This document shows, piece after piece, positions 55,733 to 64,000 of a stretch of 64,000 bases of DNA. The notes under the pieces are model-generated. The model saw only the letters and a program-made list of their open reading frames with translations, did no database searches and was not told the DNA's origin. The position numbers were made by a program, and so were the translations under genes. Positions within the stretch are counted from its first letter, which is position 1. Each line of letters begins with the position of its first letter. This DNA is from an uncultured Clostridia bacterium. Its GTDB lineage: Bacteria; Bacillota; Clostridia; Oscillospirales; Ruminococcaceae. The stretch is from positions 162-64,161 of the forward strand of contig CAMVEM010000002.1 in the NCBI GenBank assembly GCA_947166515.1. Direction: 5' to 3'.

Positions 55733-57964
55733 TCAGCCATTAAGTGATTTATAGAACTTCTGGAGACGATCCCATGCGCTGTTTCTGTGAGTGAGGTAAG
55801 TCGAGCCGCCCCAGTCATTGGCAACCTTTGCTGCGGTAGCAGCTGCGTCAGCACCTGCTTCGCCTGTGAAGCCCTTTGCAATGATGTCAACGAAAAGGTT
55901 TACCTGATCCTTGGCAGCGCCGAACTGACCGGAAGCGCTGAGCATTGTGAGTTCATTTATAGATGTGCTTTCAGCGTCAACCTGAGGAAGAACTGTAGGA
56001 ACAGATGTGTACCACGGATTGTCTGAAAGAGCAAGTTCGGGATGCTTGATAGTTCCGAGAGCGATAGCCTTTGAGATATAGCCTGCGCCCTCCTTGCCGA
56101 CGTCTGTTGTGCACTGATATTCAAACGCCTGGCTCTTTACGAAGCTCAGTGTAGAACCGATGAACTGACGCGCATAGTTGGTGTAGTTGCCCTTAGCGAG
56201 CGTCCAGAGGTCTTCAGCAGACTTGTCGGAGATAACGGGCCACTGCTCACCGTTGAAATCGAATGTCTCATATTTGCCGGAAGCGTCTGTCTTGATGAAT
56301 GCGTCAGGACCGTAGGACATGAGGATCATGCCTTCCTTGCTGTATGCATAGTCGATGAGCTTGAGGCAAGCGTTGAGCTTATCTGTATCGTCGCCGACAC
56401 CGGCCTTGGAGATTCCCCAACCGTCTGTCTTTACAGAACGCCAGGATTCTGTGAACCTCATGTACTTTTCAGAGCCGTCGTTCCAGCGTGCAACAGGAAC
56501 CATTGTAGCCATGTACTTTTCGCCGGCAGCGTTGTCGAGAGTTGAGCCATTATTGTAGAGGGTCTGTGTCTGGTTGTAGTCATAATGCATGAAACCGATA
56601 TCGTCAGAAAGATACTTTTCGGTCTTGACATCTTCGCAGTTTACGAATGCAGCGGAGATAAGGCCTTCCTTTACCATATCGTTCATCTTTGCGAGAGCGT
56701 TGTATGTTTCTTCCTCGTTGCGTGCATCGTAGAGCTTGCCGTCTGTACCTACATAGAGGAAGTCAAGTCTGGATTCCATACCGCGTACGCCGAAGAGTGT
56801 GCCTGCAAAGCGGAACATATCTATGCGTCTCTGGTTGTTGTTATCTTCACGGGTGTGGAGACCCTGAACGCTGTCTGTACCGTTGAGTGTCTGGGGGTTA
56901 GCAACTACGCAGCGGAGAAGAGCCACGAGTTCGTCAGCGTCCCATGCTGCATTCTGACCGATGAAGAGGTCAGCACGATTTTCGCCGTAGTAGCCGTTAT
57001 ATGTCTTGTCGATGTACTCGCGGAGCATGTTGACTGCTGCAACGCCGTCGATCGAACCTGCCGCGTTCATCTTATCAACGATGTTGCCATAAGCGTCGTA
57101 ATCCTTTGTTACCTTTTCAACGCCTGAGCCGTCCTTCTTGACAACGTCGATCTCTATCTTGCCGGAAGTGGGCATATAAGCTGTATAAGCGGGTGTAGCT
57201 GTCTTGTTGCTCTTATCTGCAGTGAATTCGCCGGAACCGTTAAGGAGCTTTTCTACCCAGTCGGTTCTCATAAGAGGCATACGCTCGATATCATTTACAC
57301 CGTCGAAGTAAGGCGAGAAGTAGATAGCGCCTGCGTTCGGGCCGGATGCAGCACCTGTGATCGAAAGGCGTACGATCGGGTTTGCTTCGAGATAAGCCTT
57401 GAAGTTGGGCATTTTGTCAAGGTATTCAGCTATGTTGACAAGCTTGCCTGCAACGCCGTTTTCGGTGAGAAGTGTAGCTGTACCGCTGAGCATATCGATC
57501 TGGTCAAGCTGAGCGTCCCAGTACTGATATTCCTTGGTCGCGTTGTTGCCCTGATAATGGTCTTCGATCTTGATCTTGAGGGTGCTCTCAACTGCCTGCC
57601 ATGTGGGCTTGAGGTCGCCGGTGTTGTAGGTCTTGCCGTCTGCAAGAGTGATTCCCTCGCCTGCTACGTCTGCGACAAATGTCATACCGGTCTTGTCGTT
57701 GTTGTAGCCGCATGCCATACGCAGAGTCGTATTGTCCTTATAGGTGAGCTGGTCTGCGGGAATAGCTGCTTCTGCCGTAGTTGCAGAAGTAGTATCGCCG
57801 CTGTTTGCAGCTGTTGTTGCAGCCGCTTCGGTAGTAGTACCTGCGTCAGGAGCCTTTGTGCCTTCTGTGGTGGAAGCGGGTTTTCCGCCGCTGCAACCGG
57901 ACAGTACAGATGTTACTGCGAGAGCTGCTGACAGCATCATTGCTGTAAGTCTTGATTTCTTCAT
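55733..57964 (-). CDS. Large carbohydrate ABC substrate-binding lipoprotein (probably oligogalacturonide)
   Basis: Lipobox LSGC, Thr/Ala-rich linker, EYLDKMPNF, LMRTDWVEKL, LIDYAYSKEG..SYG motifs of LplA-like binding proteins. Confidence 0.85.
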   Translation of the reverse strand: MKKSRLTAMMLSAALAVTSVLSGCSGGKPASTTEGTKAPDAGTTTEAAATTAANSGDTTSATTAEAAIPADQLTYKDNTTLRMACGYNNDKTGMTFVADVAGEGITLADGKTYNTGDLKPTWQAVESTLKIKIEDHYQGNNATKEYQYWDAQLDQIDMLSGTATLLTENGVAGKLVNIAEYLDKMPNFKAYLEANPIVRLSITGAASGPNAGAIYFSPYFDGVNDIERMPLMRTDWVEKLLNGSGEFTADKSNKTATPAYTAYMPTSGKIEIDVVKKDGSGVEKVTKDYDAYGNIVDKMNAAGSIDGVAAVNMLREYIDKTYNGYYGENRADLFIGQNAAWDADELVALLRCVVANPQTLNGTDSVQGLHTREDNNNQRRIDMFRFAGTLFGVRGMESRLDFLYVGTDGKLYDARNEEETYNALAKMNDMVKEGLISAAFVNCEDVKTEKYLSDDIGFMHYDYNQTQTLYNNGSTLDNAAGEKYMATMVPVARWNDGSEKYMRFTESWRSVKTDGWGISKAGVGDDTDKLNACLKLIDYAYSKEGMILMSYGPDAFIKTDASGKYETFDFNGEQWPVISDKSAEDLWTLAKGNYTNYARQFIGSTLSFVKSQAFEYQCTTDVGKEGAGYISKAIALGTIKHPELALSDNPWYTSVPTVLPQVDAESTSINELTMLSASGQFGAAKDQVNLFVDIIAKGFTGEAGADAAATAAKVANDWGGSTYLTHRNSAWDRLQKFYKSLNG

Positions 57965-58048
57965 TTTTATCCTCCTTTAGGATAGATTTACTTGGTTTTT
58001 TTGTACCTGATTATATATCAATCGCTTCTGCGACCGATGACTGATTGA

Positions 58049-58945
58049 TCATTCCTTTACGCCGCCGACGTTAACGCCCTTTGCGAAATACTTCTGTATA
58101 AAGGGATAGATAACGAGAAGCGGGATAATGGAGCACACGATAAGTGCGTAGATGAGCGAATCCGGTGCGTAGTTGTGGCTGAGCTGCCAGTTTGTCGTGA
58201 TTTCCGGATCGGAGTATTCCTCAAGACGAAGTCTCAGATAAACCTGAAGCGGCTGTTCGTTTACGCTTGAGATCATCTGTCTTGCCCAGAAGTATCCGTT
58301 CCAGCGCGAAATTCCGAAAAACAGCGCGACTGTTGCGATTATCGACTTGCTCATCGGCAGATAAACACGCCAGAGCACCTGCCACTCTGTAGCTCCGTCC
58401 ACGATCGCGGCTTCTTCAATTTCGGAAGGCACGCCCTCGAACGCGTTTCTGAGCAGGATTATGTTCATCGCCTGCATACCCATTGCGATAACGACGAGCC
58501 ACTTGTCATCCATGATACCTACGCCCTGGAACACACGCTTGGTAGCGAGGTAGTTCAGGTACTGAGGCACAAGACCTGCGCTGAACCACATTGTGAATAC
58601 GAGGAAGAAGTTGAATCCCTTTCGGAACAGCAGGCGCTTCTTGGAGAGTGCGTAAGCTCCGAATATTGAGAGCATCATTTCCCACAGAGTACCGTAGAAT
58701 GTGAGGAACAGCGTGTTTGTGTAAGCGTTCCAGAACACATTGTTATTGAACACATCCGCGAAAGCATCGAACTGAACGTTCTTCGGGAAGAGTACGATAG
58801 TCGAGTCTCTGACCTCCACATATCCGCTTATCGCCGAGGATATCGTATAGATAAACGGGTACAGACATCCGACTGCGAACACAGTCAGCAGCAGATAGCT
58901 TATGATCTTGAAAATAAGCTCTGATATTTCCAGTTTTCTTCTCAT
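58049..58945 (-). CDS. Carbohydrate ABC permease (MalG/LplC-like)
   Basis: AYALS, FTMWFSAGLVP, EIEEAAIVDGA, WNGYF. Confidence 0.93.
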   Translation of the reverse strand: MRRKLEISELIFKIISYLLLTVFAVGCLYPFIYTISSAISGYVEVRDSTIVLFPKNVQFDAFADVFNNNVFWNAYTNTLFLTFYGTLWEMMLSIFGAYALSKKRLLFRKGFNFFLVFTMWFSAGLVPQYLNYLATKRVFQGVGIMDDKWLVVIAMGMQAMNIILLRNAFEGVPSEIEEAAIVDGATEWQVLWRVYLPMSKSIIATVALFFGISRWNGYFWARQMISSVNEQPLQVYLRLRLEEYSDPEITTNWQLSHNYAPDSLIYALIVCSIIPLLVIYPFIQKYFAKGVNVGGVKE

Positions 58946-58957
58946 AAAGCCACCTCT

Positions 58958-60022
58958 TTAATAAAGTGACGTGTCGGACGCTTTTTTCGCAATGGTGTTT
59001 GCACCGATCACAAGCAGCATTCCGATGACGTTGTTCATCATTTCCGCGGCTGAGACAAGTCCCTTCAACGACCCGGCGATACCATTGCGCTGTGCGAAGG
59101 TCGAAACAACGTCCGCCGTGACGTATGTATTCGGGTTGTAAAGCAGCAGGACTTTCTCATATCCGACATTTAGCAGCGAGCCTATCCTCGTTATCAGCAT
59201 TATGACGATCGTCGAGAGGATAAACGGCAGCACCACATACCGCATCTGCGACATCTTGCCAGCGCCGTCTATCTGTGCGGCTTCATAGCTTGTCGGTGAT
59301 ATAGCGATTATCGCCGCAAAGAACACTATACTGTCATATCCGGCGCCTTCCCATATACCGCTTATCTGGTATATCGCTCTGAAGAACGACGGATTGTTCA
59401 GAAGTCCCGAATAGGCAGTCTCGCTTGATATCAGCCCCATATTATGCAGCAGCTGTGATATGACGCCCGGCTGCATTCCCGACGTATCGGAGCCTTGCTT
59501 CACAAGCATTATGACCAGTGATGTCATAACGACCGTTGACATGAACTTTGGCAGATATGTGAGCACCTGATAGATGCTTCGTGCGATGTTTGAACGGATT
59601 TCGTTAAAGAACAGCGCGATGATGATCGGCACCGGGAATCCGAACACAAGTCCGTAAAAGCTCAGCAGGAACGTGTTTCTGAAAGCACGCCAGAACTGCA
59701 TGGACAGCTCGGTGTTGCCGAGTCCGGTGATCAGCGTCCTGAAATACGAAAAGCCCGAGTAATACTGTTCAGCAACAGTCTTGGCTTCCTCAGTAAGTTT
59801 GAAACTTCCGAGCAGCTCATACATCGGGAAGTAACGCCAGAACAGGAACACTATCAGCATCGGCACAAGCATCACATACAAGCGCCAGTCCTTGAGCACC
59901 GTTCTAAGTACGTTCAGCCAGTAATGCTTTTCGACATCATCTCTGACCGCCTGTTCGGGATTTTCGATATATGTACCGCTTTCCTCGTCAAAGATAAGGT
60001 AATCGGTAGCTTCCACAGCCAT
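58958..60022 (-). CDS. Carbohydrate ABC permease (MalF/LplB-like)
   Basis: YLPKFMS, YEAAQIDGA, GYEKVLLLYNP; start reassigned to MAVEAT. Confidence 0.93.
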   Translation of the reverse strand: MAVEATDYLIFDEESGTYIENPEQAVRDDVEKHYWLNVLRTVLKDWRLYVMLVPMLIVFLFWRYFPMYELLGSFKLTEEAKTVAEQYYSGFSYFRTLITGLGNTELSMQFWRAFRNTFLLSFYGLVFGFPVPIIIALFFNEIRSNIARSIYQVLTYLPKFMSTVVMTSLVIMLVKQGSDTSGMQPGVISQLLHNMGLISSETAYSGLLNNPSFFRAIYQISGIWEGAGYDSIVFFAAIIAISPTSYEAAQIDGAGKMSQMRYVVLPFILSTIVIMLITRIGSLLNVGYEKVLLLYNPNTYVTADVVSTFAQRNGIAGSLKGLVSAAEMMNNVIGMLLVIGANTIAKKASDTSLY

Positions 60023-60048
60023 TATAAATGCCCCCTTGTGCAATTGAT

Positions 60049-60654
60049 TTACATATCGTTGTATTTTGTATCGCCTTCTTCGGGGATACTTTCTTTTTTG
60101 CGTTCGGACTGAGTTCTTACCAGATACGACATCTGATCTTCAAACAGTCCGTCCACTCTGCGTGCTACGAATATCGCAAGAAGCGCGAACACCAGCGAAA
60201 GAGAGTCCTTTGCGAACAGCAGGACTATGTCCCCGAGCGCCGCTCCGAAGAAAAGACCCACCAGCCACCGCCCGATCTGCACGGCACAGAACGCTGCGAA
60301 AGTGAACAGAAACGACAGTGTGAGCTTCGAGCGTATCTTCTCCTTGCCAAGCGCCTTGAAAAGCAGCAGCGCCACAAGCGCAAAGCAGTTGCCTATGCAG
60401 TACACCACATATTGCGACGGGCTCGCACCCGAGGCTATGCACAACGCAAGGCCACCGCCCACAGCATGTATTGCAGCGAAAGGTCCCCAGCGCATCATCA
60501 CTATGCAGACTATGGCGACTGTGGGAGAAAGCGCGTAATTCTCAAGCGGGAACCACTCTTTTGCGGCTATTGTGATCACCGCTTCGGCAGCCGCAAGCAT
60601 GATAAGCATGATAGTAAGATCGATATTTCGGTATTGCTTTACGGACAGATTCAT
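60049..60654 (-). CDS. Uncharacterised membrane protein, ECF S-component-like
   Basis: 201 aa, ~6 hydrophobic segments; LSPTVAIVCIVMMRWGP..A..GGL pattern; first gene of the transporter operon. Confidence 0.65.
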   Translation of the reverse strand: MNLSVKQYRNIDLTIMLIMLAAAEAVITIAAKEWFPLENYALSPTVAIVCIVMMRWGPFAAIHAVGGGLALCIASGASPSQYVVYCIGNCFALVALLLFKALGKEKIRSKLTLSFLFTFAAFCAVQIGRWLVGLFFGAALGDIVLLFAKDSLSLVFALLAIFVARRVDGLFEDQMSYLVRTQSERKKESIPEEGDTKYNDM

Positions 60655-60726
60655 ACAAACAGTTCCTTATTAACAGTACAGAAAAAATTATAAATATTTT
60701 TTAACCTGACGAACATCTTTTATCTA

Positions 60727-60794
60727 ATTTTACAATAAACGTTTACAGTTTTACAAGGCAAATAGCAGAATTTTTATGTACGAAACGGACATTT
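60727..60794 (-). promoter_or_regulatory. Putative promoter and shared regulator box of the transporter operon
   Basis: Minus-strand TAAAAT -10; 21-bp box 15/21 identical to the kduD box at the same 47-bp offset. Confidence 0.45.
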
Positions 60795-61035
60795 AATTCA
60801 AAATTCCGAAAAAATCCACAAAAAACAGCCCTCTGTTTTGTATGTATTTTACGGTTATCGATGCGCCGGTTTTGACAATTTTTTAACAGACTTTCAGACC
60901 TGTTTTTTCGCTCAATCCCCTATATATCCGCATTTCCGCTCATCGCGTCCTTTTTCGGTCAATATTCAAAATAATGATATTCAGCCCGCAGCGGGCGCGC
61001 AATCCGGCTATTGACCAAAACGGACAAAAACGTCA

Positions 61036-62259
61036 TCAGCCGTCCAGTCCCTGAAGATACTTGTCCATTGCCTCAGCGACCTGTTTTGAGTAGTTGACCG
61101 CTTCCACGACCGTTCTCGCACCGAGAACAACATCGCCTGCCGCGAAAATTCCGTCACGCGTTGTCTCGCCGTAGGTGTTGGTCACAAGAAGTCCCCTGTC
61201 GGTGATATCGAGACCGGTGGTGGTCGATACTATTCTGTTCTTCGGCCCCTGCGACACAGCTATTATGGTCGATGAAGCGGGATAAAGCTTCTCCGAGCCC
61301 TCAACGCGATGCTTGTTGCCCTCCTCATCCTTCTCAACGCGAACGAAGATCGTTCCCTCATCGGTTATTTCCACTGGCTCAACGCCGGTGATGAACTCAA
61401 CGCCGTCGTATTTTGCATATTCGACCTCGGTAACGCTCGCCGCTATATGCTCGGAACGAGCGAAGACCGTCACCTTGCGGCAGCCGTGCCGCAGCGCGGT
61501 ACGCGCAACATCCATTGCGGAATTTCCCGCACCGATGATGTTGAGGCTGTCTCCGAGCGTGAACACATCCGGATTTGTCAGATAATTTATCGCAAAATGT
61601 ACATTTCCGAGGCTCTCACCCTTTATATGCAGCGTGTTCGGTCTCCATACGCCGGTGCCGATAAAGATCGCCTTATAATCATCGCGGAACATATCGTCAA
61701 CGGTTATTGTAATGCCGATCGCCGTGTTCGGACGTATCTTTATGCCAAGTGAGAGCATGAGCTTCTTGTATCTCTCGACATGGCGCTTCGGAAGTCTGAA
61801 TTCCGGTATGCCGTAGCGAAGGACTCCCCCGATCTTTTCACGCGATTCAAAGATCGTGATATCATAACCCTTGCGAGCGAGAAGTATCGCTATCGTCATG
61901 CCCGCAGGGCCGCCGCCGATAACGCCGACGCGCTTGCCGTTCTTCTTGACATTGCTGAAATCGAGCTTTTCAAAATAGTTATCGCTTATGTAGTGCTCGA
62001 TATTGCTGAAATGTACAGGTGCGCCTTTCTTGCCGAGGATGCAGTGTCCCTCACACTGATTCTCGTGATTGCAGATGAGCGAGCATATCATGCTGAGAGG
62101 ATTGTTTTCAAACAGCATATCCCCCGCTTTGTCTATCTCGCCGTCAAGAAAAGTTCTTATGACCGTCGGGATAGCCGTGCTTATCGGGCAGCCCTTCTGG
62201 CAGGACGGATTTTTGCAGTTGAGGCAGCGGCGTGCCTCCTGAATGATATTGAATGCCAT
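61036..62259 (-). CDS. NAD(P)-dependent Fe-S flavin oxidoreductase (GltD/SudA-like)
   Basis: RCLNCKNPSCQKGCP, GGGPAG, YGIPEFRLP, GAGNSAMD, FAAGD. Confidence 0.9.
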   Translation of the reverse strand: MAFNIIQEARRCLNCKNPSCQKGCPISTAIPTVIRTFLDGEIDKAGDMLFENNPLSMICSLICNHENQCEGHCILGKKGAPVHFSNIEHYISDNYFEKLDFSNVKKNGKRVGVIGGGPAGMTIAILLARKGYDITIFESREKIGGVLRYGIPEFRLPKRHVERYKKLMLSLGIKIRPNTAIGITITVDDMFRDDYKAIFIGTGVWRPNTLHIKGESLGNVHFAINYLTNPDVFTLGDSLNIIGAGNSAMDVARTALRHGCRKVTVFARSEHIAASVTEVEYAKYDGVEFITGVEPVEITDEGTIFVRVEKDEEGNKHRVEGSEKLYPASSTIIAVSQGPKNRIVSTTTGLDITDRGLLVTNTYGETTRDGIFAAGDVVLGARTVVEAVNYSKQVAEAMDKYLQGLDG

Positions 62260-62281
62260 TTATCGTTCCTCCAATAGAAAA

Positions 62282-63031
62282 TCATTTCTCACGGCTTTTC
62301 TGTTCGGCATACTGTTTCGGCGAACAGCCGAAATTCTTTTTGAACACTCTCGAAAAATACAGCGAATCGGAATATCCGCAGACGTAGGCTATCTCAGAGA
62401 TATTCAGCTCGCCTATGCCGTACGAGCAGAGAAGTTTCTCAGCCATCTGCACCCTGAGATATGTAAGATAGCTGTGCGGAGTCATTCCCATTTCGCTCTT
62501 GAAAAGCTTACGCAGATAATCGTAGCTGAACGCTATCGAATGCAGATATTTGTCGAGCTCATAATCGCAGTCGGTGAAGTTGTGCATTATATTGCTCTTA
62601 ATCTCATCTACGATGCCCCTTAGCGGCTTCGAGCTGTGGAATGCCGTTACATAGTTTACTATCAGATTTCCGAGCGCCGCGACTATCTGGTGTCTGCTGT
62701 CAAGCTCACTGTTGAAGAAATAGAATGCGTCCTGGAACGATCTGAGGATATGGCCCTCGGTATCGTCGGAGATCAGCAGCGGCTCCCGGAAAAGCATCGT
62801 CGCATCGGCAATGTTGAGGTGTATGTTTGTGAATCCTTCCTCGCTGTTATTGGTGTGTGGGATTTTAGGTGGTATCACAGCTATATCTCCCACGCTGTAT
62901 TCAAGAGACATATCCGGAAAATCAAGACGTCCCCTGCCGCCGGTGCAGTAAATAAGCTCCCATTCTTCATGGTAATGCTGTTTTGTCGTAAATGTAGTAA
63001 GATGCCTTCCGGCATACACGATACTGTTCAT
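62282..63031 (-). CDS. AraC family transcriptional regulator
   Basis: Cupin HYHEEWELIY..PH; HTH YLRKLFK..GMTP..ISEIAYVCGYSDSLYFSRVFKK. Confidence 0.94.
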   Translation of the reverse strand: MNSIVYAGRHLTTFTTKQHYHEEWELIYCTGGRGRLDFPDMSLEYSVGDIAVIPPKIPHTNNSEEGFTNIHLNIADATMLFREPLLISDDTEGHILRSFQDAFYFFNSELDSRHQIVAALGNLIVNYVTAFHSSKPLRGIVDEIKSNIMHNFTDCDYELDKYLHSIAFSYDYLRKLFKSEMGMTPHSYLTYLRVQMAEKLLCSYGIGELNISEIAYVCGYSDSLYFSRVFKKNFGCSPKQYAEQKSREK

Positions 63032-63061
63032 AGTGTCTCCTCTTTTTCAAAAAGCGGGTTA

Positions 63062-63967
63062 TTATTTAAACGCAGCAAGCAGTCTTTCCTTTTCGGCTTC
63101 GGAAAGCTGACAGCTCCACGGGACTCTCCCCGGGATAAGCTCGCCGTATTCCGAAAATCTCGCAGTCTTGTCGCGCTGAGTGTCGTTCCATTTATCAAAG
63201 CCCTCGGGCGAGATATGTCTGCCGTAATCGCAGTTTATAAAGCTGCATTTTCCGTAGTCACGCCACGGTCTTGCAAGATATATCAAGCCGTCGGCGACTT
63301 TATCCTCGCAGGTGAACCTGCACCCGTTGAAAACAAAGCCTATGTCCTGCTTTTCCGCGTGGGCGGGAGCAGTCGTATAGCCATGTCCGCGCACATCATA
63401 CACCGACCGTATCTCGCAGCGGTCAAACAGTGCGTCGCCGCAGCCAAATATGAAATCCACATTTCCCGCTATCATGCAATCTCGGAATATCTGCCGCATT
63501 TTTCCGCTCGCGCGAAGCGGGTCTTTCAGGAACCCGTCGTAGCGCTCTATCAGGTCATCCGGGAGAGGCCCGCAGAATATCGTGTCCTGCGTGGAAATAA
63601 AGCGGCAGTTCTCAGCCGTGAATCCGTCGGCAACGACCGTGAGAGCAACTTCCTGCCCCTTCGTTTCGGGCGAGAGCGCGTCATTTTCGACTGTAATATT
63701 TTTAAGCGTAACGCCCGGCGCAAGAACTGCGGCAGTATATGTTCTGAACGTATTGTATTCCACACCGCGTTCGTCAAGCTTTTTAGCGTAGTCGTTCCAG
63801 ACTATCCTTGTATCCGCAGCGGAATTTCCTATTATCTCGATGTCCGGAATGTATATCTCAATCTTTTCTCTGTAGATTCCAGGAGCAAGGACAATACGGT
63901 CACCGGGTGCGGCAGCTTTAATTGCCTTGCCGAGATCATCCGCAAGAGTAATGTTTTTCACGTTCAT
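63062..63967 (-). CDS. Pectin methylesterase (CE8), no signal peptide
   Basis: GIYREK, QEVAL, QDT, GNVDFIFG, YLARPW; start reassigned to ATG 63967 behind AAGGAG. Confidence 0.92.
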   Translation of the reverse strand: MNVKNITLADDLGKAIKAAAPGDRIVLAPGIYREKIEIYIPDIEIIGNSAADTRIVWNDYAKKLDERGVEYNTFRTYTAAVLAPGVTLKNITVENDALSPETKGQEVALTVVADGFTAENCRFISTQDTIFCGPLPDDLIERYDGFLKDPLRASGKMRQIFRDCMIAGNVDFIFGCGDALFDRCEIRSVYDVRGHGYTTAPAHAEKQDIGFVFNGCRFTCEDKVADGLIYLARPWRDYGKCSFINCDYGRHISPEGFDKWNDTQRDKTARFSEYGELIPGRVPWSCQLSEAEKERLLAAFK

Positions 63968-64000
63968 GGGCCCTTCTCCTTCCCGTCGTCCGGTCATATT

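Noticed and set aside
60947-61025. Imperfect inverted repeat gtcctttttcggtcaata / tattgaccaaaacggac
   Set aside because: Single copy, large loop, no target duplication; cannot be told apart from a 3' stem of the oxidoreductase transcript

Overview
64 kb of bacterial chromosome, most likely a rumen/gut Clostridium of the Ruminococcaceae/Oscillospiraceae type (inferred from gene content, Firmicute sigma-A promoters with TG-extended -10, and ymdB-spoVS synteny). The first ~36 kb is a signalling- and transport-rich region. It holds GGDEF, EAL and HD-GYP proteins, a sugar-binding/PP2C fusion, two membrane sensors with no output domain, a beta-propeller hybrid kinase with a receiver-only partner, HU, a polar amino-acid ABC importer, purA-ymdB-spoVS, a YtrA-type operon, and an ECF sigma with an anti-sigma-like partner ending in a degenerate LytM domain. 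The last ~28 kb is a minus-strand pectin/galacturonate locus (CE8, AraC, GH28, GH105, CHEV-motif GH4, kduD/eda/kdgK/kduI, uxaBAC). Its ABC importer has two ATPase paralogues and five interleaved uncharacterised membrane proteins, the best candidate here for an undescribed system. Three non-coding element types were read directly from the DNA: six copies of a C-GGA-G triloop palindrome, two copies of a ~100-bp multi-stem element with three compensatory base-pair changes, and a 156-bp MITE with terminal inverted repeats and a TATT target duplication. No rRNA, tRNA, CRISPR array, transposase or prophage gene was recognised. All protein assignments come from motif recognition by eye, not database searches.
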